From assembly GCF_009914755.1 (NCBI RefSeq), contig NC_060945.1: a stretch of DNA of 64,000 bases; one strand, given 5' to 3'. Source of the DNA: the human T2T-CHM13v2.0 reference genome, Homo sapiens. Position numbers and translations under genes: made by a program. This document shows, one piece after another, positions 55,376 through 64,000 of this stretch. Each line of letters begins with the position of its first letter. The stretch's first letter is position 1. Below the pieces are notes generated by a model. That model saw only the letters and a program-made list of their open reading frames with translations. It made no database searches and was not told the origin of the DNA.

Positions 55376-58140
55376 GATAACAAATTTCAAAATATGGTTT
55401 GATTTACTTAAGAAAAAGCATAAACTAAAAACATGTATAGTACTCATATGCTGAAAACTACAAAATGCTGAAAGAAATCAAAGATCTAAATAAATGGAAA
55501 GATATACCATGTTCATGGATTGGAAAACAACACAGTAAACACGTCAATTCTCCCAAAATTGATACACTGGCTTAATTGCAATTCCTAACAAAATCTGAGC
55601 AGGAATTTTTGTAGATATAGACAAGATTACTCTAAAATGTATACGGAAAGGCAAAGAAACTATAATAGTCAAAACAATTTTGAATAAAAAGAAGTTGGAG
55701 GAATCAAGTCTATCCACTTTCAAAACTTGCTGTAAAGCTTCATAACCAAGACAGTGTGATATTGGTACAAGAGTAAACACATAGTTCAATGGAACAGGAT
55801 AAAAAACCCAGAAACAGACTCACATAAATATGCCCAACTTTTGACAAAGGTGCAAAAGTAATTCAATGGGGAGAGCTAAGTCTTTTCAACAAATGATGCT
55901 GGAATAAATGGATACGCACAGGCCAAAAAAAAAGTGACCTCAACCTAAACTTCACATCTTATACAAAAATTAAAGCTGGTCAGAGACTTAAATGTAAAAA
56001 CACGAAACTTTAAAAAAGAAATTTGAGGAAAATCTTCTGAATTTAGGGCTAGGCAAAGAGTTTCCATAAAAGGAAAAACTGTTAAATCAGAGCTCATGGG
56101 AGTTAAAAAACACTTGTTCTGTAAAAGACCACATTAAGTAGATGAAACAACCAGCTACAGAGTTGAAAAAAAAATTGCAAACTGTATATATCCAACAAAG
56201 GACTAATATCTGGAATACACAAACCATGCTTAAAACTCAAGAGTATAAAAATGAACAATCCAATGAGAAAATGGGCAGAAGATGTGAAGATTTTGCAAAT
56301 GGAAAATAAGGACATAAAAAGATGTTCAACATCATTATCCACCAGGGAAATGCAAATTAAAACAATATTATGCCCCAGGGAAATGCAAATTAAAACCACA
56401 ATGAAATATCACTACACCTATCACAACGGCCAAAATAAAAACTAGTGGCAACACGGCATACCAAAGACGCTGTGACTGGATCTCTCAAAGTCTGCTGGTG
56501 GTGATATAAAACGGTACGACTGCTATGGAAAGTGGGCTGCTTCCCTGCTTCTTTCCTGGAAAGAAACAAGCAACTACCTGGTGACCCAGCACTTGCACTT
56601 CTGGGCGTCTGTCCCAGGGAAAGGAAAACCTATATTCACACAAAAACCTATAAAAGAATGTCCATAGCAGCTTTATTGGTAATACCTCACACTGGAAACA
56701 AGTCTTTCAACGGTGAATAAATAAAGTGTGCTGTACCTACACCCTGGAACAGCACTCAGCAGCAAGAAGGAATCAGCCACAGCCACAGTAACAACATGGA
56801 TGAATGTTCAGAGAACAGTGTTGAGTGAAAAGAGCCAATCCCTAAACGATACACAATGCATAGCCGTGTTTATACAACACTCCTGAAATGACAAACTCAT
56901 ACAAGCGGAGAAGAGGGTAGTGGCTGCCAGGGGTTAAAGAGGACGTGAGGCTGGGAGTAGGGTGGGCCTTGGCTATAAAGAGCAGCATGAGGGATCCCTG
57001 TGGGGATAGAATGTTCTGGATCCTGACTGTCGCCATGCTGGTTGTGATGTGCTACAGAACTGTAAGACGTGACCAGTGTGAAAACTGGGTACGGGGTACA
57101 TGGATCTCCCTGTATTATTTATTAAACAGCATGTGAATATAAGATTACCCAAATATAAAGCTTAATTTAAAAAGCAGGCAAACCCAGGCAAGCTCTAGCC
57201 CTGTCTGTCCCCCCATGCTCCATCACGGCTCCCTCCCGTCTCCAGACTCTACCCCCGACCAAGCCTGAACTCCTGGCCCAGCTGTTCTCCCCATGCTGGA
57301 GGAAAGAGAGTGGACACTCGGCACCCAGTAACAGGCACGGGGGCAAGATGAGCCCGCACCACCTCCTCTAGACCCAACAGGATGTCCAGCCATGAGCAAA
57401 ATGCCCCACTAGTTAACTTTTTAACCTAGAAATCAAACCAGCCAGAGAAAAGTCCATGTGTTTTTTTTCTATGTGACAAGAGGCAGCCAGGAACCACAGG
57501 CCAGAACCTGCCTCCACCTCCCCAGAGCTGTCTCCCCCACAGCCTCCACGGCCACACCAGGACCAGGACCAGCTAAGGAAGGGAAAGGGCTTCCTCGTGA
57601 CCAGCTCTCTGGGGAAGAACTGCTCCACCCCCTGCACCAAGCCCCCATGGGCCCTTAGAAGCCCACCGTGAGGGGTCCCCTCCACAGGGCAGCTACAGGG
57701 GAGCACACGCACAGAGTCCCTAAAGAGCCCTCAGGCATCTGCCCCTCCAGCTGCCAAGGGCTGAACAAGAGGCAGTCACAGAGGGATGGAGGTGGGGCGG
57801 CAACGGTAGTCAGGGGCAGTCAGCACCCAGAGGCAGGTCAGAAGCCAGTTCCAGCCTGGCTGGGGCCACACAGGGCCCTGAGGGTCTCCCTGGGACGGGC
57901 ACTCCCTGCCCATACATGCTGGCAGCCACTGCTGTCTGGGGACAGAGGTAACTCGGGGCTCCAAGAATGGGGAGGACCTCCTCCCGGGTGCTGGAGCCCC
58001 TCCAAAGCCAGCTGGACTGCTGCCAGCACCCCGCCCTGGGGCCATGCATTCAACAGAAGCCTTCTGGGCCCCCTTTCTGCAGACCTGAGACCAGCCCGGC
58101 CACCAGGAGGCTGTGTCCACCCAGGCCGGGCCTGGACACA

Positions 58141-59022
58141 TTCACCCGTGGGCCTTGGAGACTCACCTGTCCTGAGCGTTCACCCCTGGGCTTCGGAGGC
58201 TCACCCGCCCTGAGCGTTCACCCCTGGGCCTCGGAGACTCACCTGCCCTAAGCGTTCACCCCTGGGCCTTGGAGGCTCATCACCCTGAGTGTTCACGCCT
58301 GGGCCTTGGAGGCTCACCTGCCCTGAGTGTTCACACCTGGGCCTCGGAGGCTCACCCGCCCTGAGTGTTCACACCTGGGCCTCAGAGGCTCACCCACCCT
58401 GAGCGTTCACCCCTGGGCCTTGGAGGCTCACCTGTCCTGAGCGTTCACCCCCGGGCCTCGGAGACTCACCTGCCCTGAACGTTCACCCCTGGGCTTCGGA
58501 GGCTCACCCGCCCTGAGTGTTCACCCCTGGGCCTCGGAGACTCACCTGCCCTAAGCGTTCACCCCTGGGCCTTGGAGGCTCATCACCCTGAGTGTTCACG
58601 CCTGGGCCTTGGAGGCTCACCTGCCCTGAGTGTTCACACCTGGGCCTCGGAGGCTCACCCGCCCTGAGTGTTCACACCTGGGCCTCAGAGGCTCACCCAC
58701 CCTGAGCGTTCACCCCTGGGCCTTGGAGGCTCACCTGTCCTGAGCGTTCACCCCCGGGCCTCGGAGACTCACCTGCCCTGAACGTTCACCCCTGGGCTTC
58801 GGAGGCTCACCCGCCCTGAGTGTTCACCCCTGGGCCTCGGAGACTCACCTGCCCTAAGCGTTCACCCCTGGGCCTTGGAGGCTCATCACCCTGAGTGTTC
58901 ACGCCTGGGCCTTGGAGGCTCACCTGCCCTGAGTGTTCACACCTGGGCCTCGGAGGCTCACCCACCCTAAGCGTTCACCCCTGGGCCTTGGAGACTCACC
59001 CGCCCTGAGTGTTCACACCTGG
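58141..59022. repeat. 38-bp VNTR, ~23 copies, with 303-bp (8-unit) higher-order repeat
   Basis: GTTCACCCCTGGGCCTCGGAGGCTCACCCGCCCTGAG(T/C); variant GGGCTTCGGA recurs at 58188, 58491, 58794. Confidence 0.96.
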
Positions 59023-59928
59023 GTCGGGGGTGTTGTACCCAGAGGGCTCTGTGGCACAGGGCCACGTGGCCTGCCAGCGTGGACAGGCCCTAATGACACT
59101 CTTGGGCTGAAGAATGCATTTCGATGAGTGAGCAACAGCCATCCTCACCTAACAGGCATTTGTGAGCCGAAGGGGATGCCTGCTATTGCCCGGGCCTTAC
59201 CCTGAGCTCTGGAGTCACTGAAGCTGAACAGACTCCGCACCCTCAGAGGATCAGGACTAACCCTGACAGTCCTCCTGCCCAGTGAGACCTGGGCCCCAGG
59301 TGGACAAAGCCCTTGTCCCACCCGCCAAGGGCATCTGTCTAGCTGCAGGCTGGGGCAGTCCTGAGGAGCCTGGAAGGACCTCTCACACCACGCCCACCAT
59401 GGCTGATTCCAGCTCACTCGGAGACCCGGCCTTGGCTGGGACCCTCAGGAGTTAAATGTGTGTTTTCCAGCTCTTCTCAGAAGCAGCAGAGGCCCGCGAG
59501 AGGTGGGAAAGGGGAGGGCACCCGCAGAGGCCTGCGCGCTGACACTGCTGAGTGGCTCTGCTCAGCTCTCCTTCCTGAAGAGGACAAAGGTCACGTGGCC
59601 TCCAGCCAGGGCTCAAGGACACCAAGTTCCGGCAGCCACAGGCAGAGAGCGGAGACAAGGACAGCTCCGCCGTGGCGAGCAGAGGCTCAGCTGCTCCCAC
59701 TGAGGCCCAGGGCCTGACGGAGGCTCCCGCCCACAACAACTGAGCCCCGCTAGGGTCTCTCTCACTTCCTGCTCTCGCTGGCCTGGTGTGTCCCACTGGA
59801 AGCCCCAGGCCCGCACCCTGTGCCCCCAGCCCACAGTGGGCTCCACATCAGGCGGGCACCAGGAGGCCTCAACAATGTCCCCACAAGTAGCTTCCATCCC
59901 CGAGGACGCAGGCCTGAAATGGGCTCAC

Positions 59929-60070
59929 CTGCTTGCGGACCGGGAGGCCCAGGCCCCGCACGTCCGAGACAATGAAAGTGATGATGGTCTTGACGATGGT
60001 GGCAAAGAACGTGTTGACCCCGAAGACCAGGGCACAGAGCTCTTTAGACAGAGAAGATGCAATCTGAAAG
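59929..60070 (-). CDS. SLC19A1: SLC19A1 penultimate coding exon (142 bp)
   Basis: GTTCAG|C-FQIASSLSKELCALVFGVNTFFATIVKTIITFIVSDVRGLGLPVRKQ|GTGAGC; phase 0 joins the last exon. Confidence 0.97.
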
Positions 60071-60317
60071 CTGAACGGGAAGAGCGGGCAGATCAGGCGC
60101 TGCTGGGAGAATAAGCAGCAGCCACAGGGAAAAGCCTGCAGCCCGGCTCCCACCAGCCCATGACCCGCCCGGCAGCCACGGGGTCCCAGGGCACGCACAA
60201 GCCCCCCACCAGGCCCCCATCTCTCCCACACATGCCCGCCCCTGCCAGGCAGGAGCCAGCACCCAGGCCACCCTCGAGGGGCCATTCTGGGAGCTGCCGT
60301 GTCCCCCTGGCTCAGTA

Positions 60318-61019
<702 letters not shown>

Positions 61020-61234
61020 TACAATGGGTGTCACAAAACACAAACTCGAGAAGATACCTGGAAGGGCTCCCATGAGCTCTGGGACAGACCAGGTCACGGG
61101 CGTCTCAAAACATTCAGAAAATCATCATCAAGAGAACCTCTGGGCACAGACAGAAAAGTCTAGAATGAAAGTCTTTCACGGTTAAATGTTTGATAAATTA
61201 GAAGAGCAGTGAAACCACAGAGTCGGTGAATGAG

Positions 61235-61830
61235 CAGCAGCCAGGCAGGGCAGGCCCTGGAGTTGAGTGGCAGCTGGGCAGAGCAGGCCCTGGAGGTGAG
61301 TAGCAGCTGGGTATGCCCGGGAGGGCCCTGGAGGTGAGTGGCAATTGGGGGGGAGGGGGGCCTGGAGGCGGGGCAGGCCCTGGAGGTGAATAGCAGCTGG
61401 GTATGCCCGGGCAGGCCCTGGAGGTGAGTGGCAGCGGGCAGGGTGGGCCCAGGAGGTGAGAGGCAGCCAGGCAGGGCAGGCCCTGGAGGTGAGTGGCAGC
61501 AGGTTAGGACGGGCCCTGGAGGTGAGTGGCAGCGGGCAGGGTGGGCCCTGGAGGTGAGTGGCAGCCAGGCAGGGCGGGCCCTGGAGGTGAGTGGCAGTCA
61601 GTTACTGCGGGCCCTGGAGGTGAGTGGCAGCCGGGCAGGGCGGGCCCTGGAGGTGAGTGGCAGCCAGTTACTGCGGGCCCTGGAGGTGAGTGGCAGCCGG
61701 GCAGGGCGGGCCCTGGAGGTGAGTGGCAGCCAGTTACTGCGGGCCCTGGAGGTGAGTGGCAGCAGGGCAGGGTGGGCCCTGGAGGTGAGTGGCAGCCAGG
61801 CAGGGCGGGCCCTGGAGGTGAGCGGTGGCA
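61235..61830. repeat. ~33-bp G-rich VNTR, ~17 copies
   Basis: GGCCCTGGAGGTGAGTGGCAGC core repeated. Confidence 0.92.
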
Positions 61831-63534
61831 TGAACATGTCCAGGAATGAAGGCACCACATTCCTGACATGGAGAGGTGACACGCCAGGCTTCTGGTGCTC
61901 TGCAAAGAAACTAGTCTTCCGATGCAGTTCCAATTAAAATCTGCAAAGTGCTTAAAAAAAAAAAAAAAAAGAACTGGACAAAAAATGTCCTAAAGTTCAC
62001 CTGAAGAAAAAATAAACAAAAATGCCCAGGAACCCTTTGGAGAAGGGCAGAGGTGTCTGTGCTGCTGGGCACTGGAGACGGGGGGACAGTGGGGACAGTG
62101 GAGGCTCGGGGGCAGGCAGGCGGGCGGGCAGCAGGGAGGACGAGAGAAGCACACAGAGGTCCCGGTGAGCAGGTCAGTGGGATGAAGGGCAGACGAACAA
62201 CAGGGAGAACTGAGCACAAACACGAGCTTCTGGATGCCAGCGCTGGGCAGGGCAGAGCCCAGGCCAGCCCCCAGGGTGCTTCCAAGGACACTCAGAAACA
62301 CTGTGAGTTGAATTAAAGGCAGACGAGTGTGGGGCGTGATGGGGGCACAGGTGATTGAAAATACATGATACAGATGAATGCTCCCCAGATCAGCAGGGAG
62401 GAAAGCGAGTCCCAACAGAGTCAGGAGACACACAGGGGCCACTCAGTCCACAGCAGGCCGGCCGGCCTCACTCTGGTTAAGGAAAGGCTGGGAGCCCAGC
62501 CGGCCCGTCAGGGGCTCAGGGAGGGTGGGGAGGCCACTCCACCATCCTGACGGGGAGGAAGCCCGCATGCCGGCCTGCAGGATACCTGCAATATTGACAG
62601 AAACCTGCTTTCAAAAGCACGTACTCTCCAACCTGGCCATTCCCCTTCCAGGAATCCACCTGAGAGTCATTATTAGAATTTGGAAACAAAAATGTAGGTA
62701 GAAGGGCATTCATCTCAGTGTTTTCCTCGTGTAAGAAAAATGGAAATGGTGACTTTACCCATAGACTGGGGATGGGTTGTAAGGCCCACCACTCATGACC
62801 GGGAGTGACCACCTGCATCTGTGAGTGACCATCTGCATCTGTGTCTGGCATCAACCCAACACAGACAAGCAGAAAATGCTGGGATTCCCCGTAGCAAACA
62901 GCAGTTTTCTGCTTTGCACGCTGCTGCACCGTGTTGGATTTTTTTGCGATGGGCATCAATGACTTTATAACTAAAACCTTTCAGGCGTTGTCCCCCTGGC
63001 TGCAGCAATGGGACAGCACAATGGCAGAGGCCCTGGCCCTTTCCACAGTGCTGGCAGGTCAGTGGGGGGGCCCAAGCAAGATCACGCTGGGCCTTCACGA
63101 GCCAGGGACGGCAAGAGCCCAGTGTGGGCCTCGGGGAGCCTGGAGAAGGCGGCCACACAGGAGCAGAAGGGGCCCCGAGTATGGCAGGGGCGGGAGAGAA
63201 GGGTGGGCCGGGCTGCCCATGCCGGGAGACTGCTGCCTGCATGTGGGGAGGATGGGGAAGTACAGGGCCGGGCACATCCAGGCAGGATGCTGCAGGGGTG
63301 AGGCCACCGACACAGAGGGCCCAATGCAAGGGTCAGGAGGGTGCTCTCAGCTCAAACAGGCTCGTGACCAGCATAAGGCCCAGGGGGATGACCCACGGAG
63401 GGAGGGAGATAGGGCTCGGAGGCCACCCTGGAGGGGAAGCCCAGGAAGGGGAACTGAGCTGGGGCCAAAGTCCTCCCAGCGGGCAGGAAAGAGGGGGCAG
63501 GTCCAGGGAGCAGGACCCTGTGAGCACACAGGGT

Positions 63535-64000
63535 CAGTGTCTGAGTGTGTCAGTGTGTGTGGTCTGAGTATGTGGTGGGAGTGTGTCAATGTGTGGGTGT
63601 CTCCATGTGTGAGCGTGTGTCCATGTGTGAACGTGTGTGTCCATGTGTAAACGTGTGGTGTGTCCATGTGTGAACGTGTGGTGTGTGTCCATGTGTGAGC
63701 ATGTGTTGTGTGTCCGTGTGGTGTGTGTCCATCTGAGCGTGTAGCATGTCTATGTGTGCTGTGTCCATGTGTAAGCATATGGTGTGTTCATGTGAGTGTG
63801 GTGTATCCATCTGTGAGTGTGTGGTGTGTCCATGTGAGTGTGTGGTGTGTCTGTGTGGTGTGTGTCCATGTGTAAGCATATGGTGCATTCATGTGAGTGT
63901 GGTGGGTGTCTGTGAACATGTGGTGTGTCCCTGTGAGTGTGTGTGTGTCCGTGTGTAGTGTGTGTCCATGGGTAAGCATGTAGTGTGTTCATGTGAGTGT
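63535..64000. repeat. (TG)n-rich low-complexity tract (runs off window)
   Basis: GTGTCCATGTGTGA-type repeats. Confidence 0.88.

Overview
Human (GC-rich, chr21q22.3-type) genomic DNA, not prokaryotic. The + strand carries 40 coding exons of COL18A1 (collagen XVIII / endostatin precursor), from inside the thrombospondin-N/LamG exon (cut by the window start) to the stop at 46507-46509. I traced every GT-AG junction and the spliced frame is open (about 1288 aa in the window). The - strand carries the last two coding exons and 3' UTR of SLC19A1 (reduced folate carrier), convergent with COL18A1. MIR6815 sits at a COL18A1 3' splice site. Introns hold many VNTRs (including a ~2.7 kb C-free GT-rich array and two with higher-order structure), Alus, a twin-primed 5'-inverted L1PA, and nested L1MC/MLT1/Alu and Tigger4/Alu elements. 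This haplotype encodes endostatin Asn104 (D104N) and appears to carry the shorter GPP-repeat allele. I found no convincing new biological system; the best leads are allele-level variants and repeat-encoded splicing or antisense features, listed as hypotheses. COL18A1 exon numbers follow the 42-exon short isoform, from memory.
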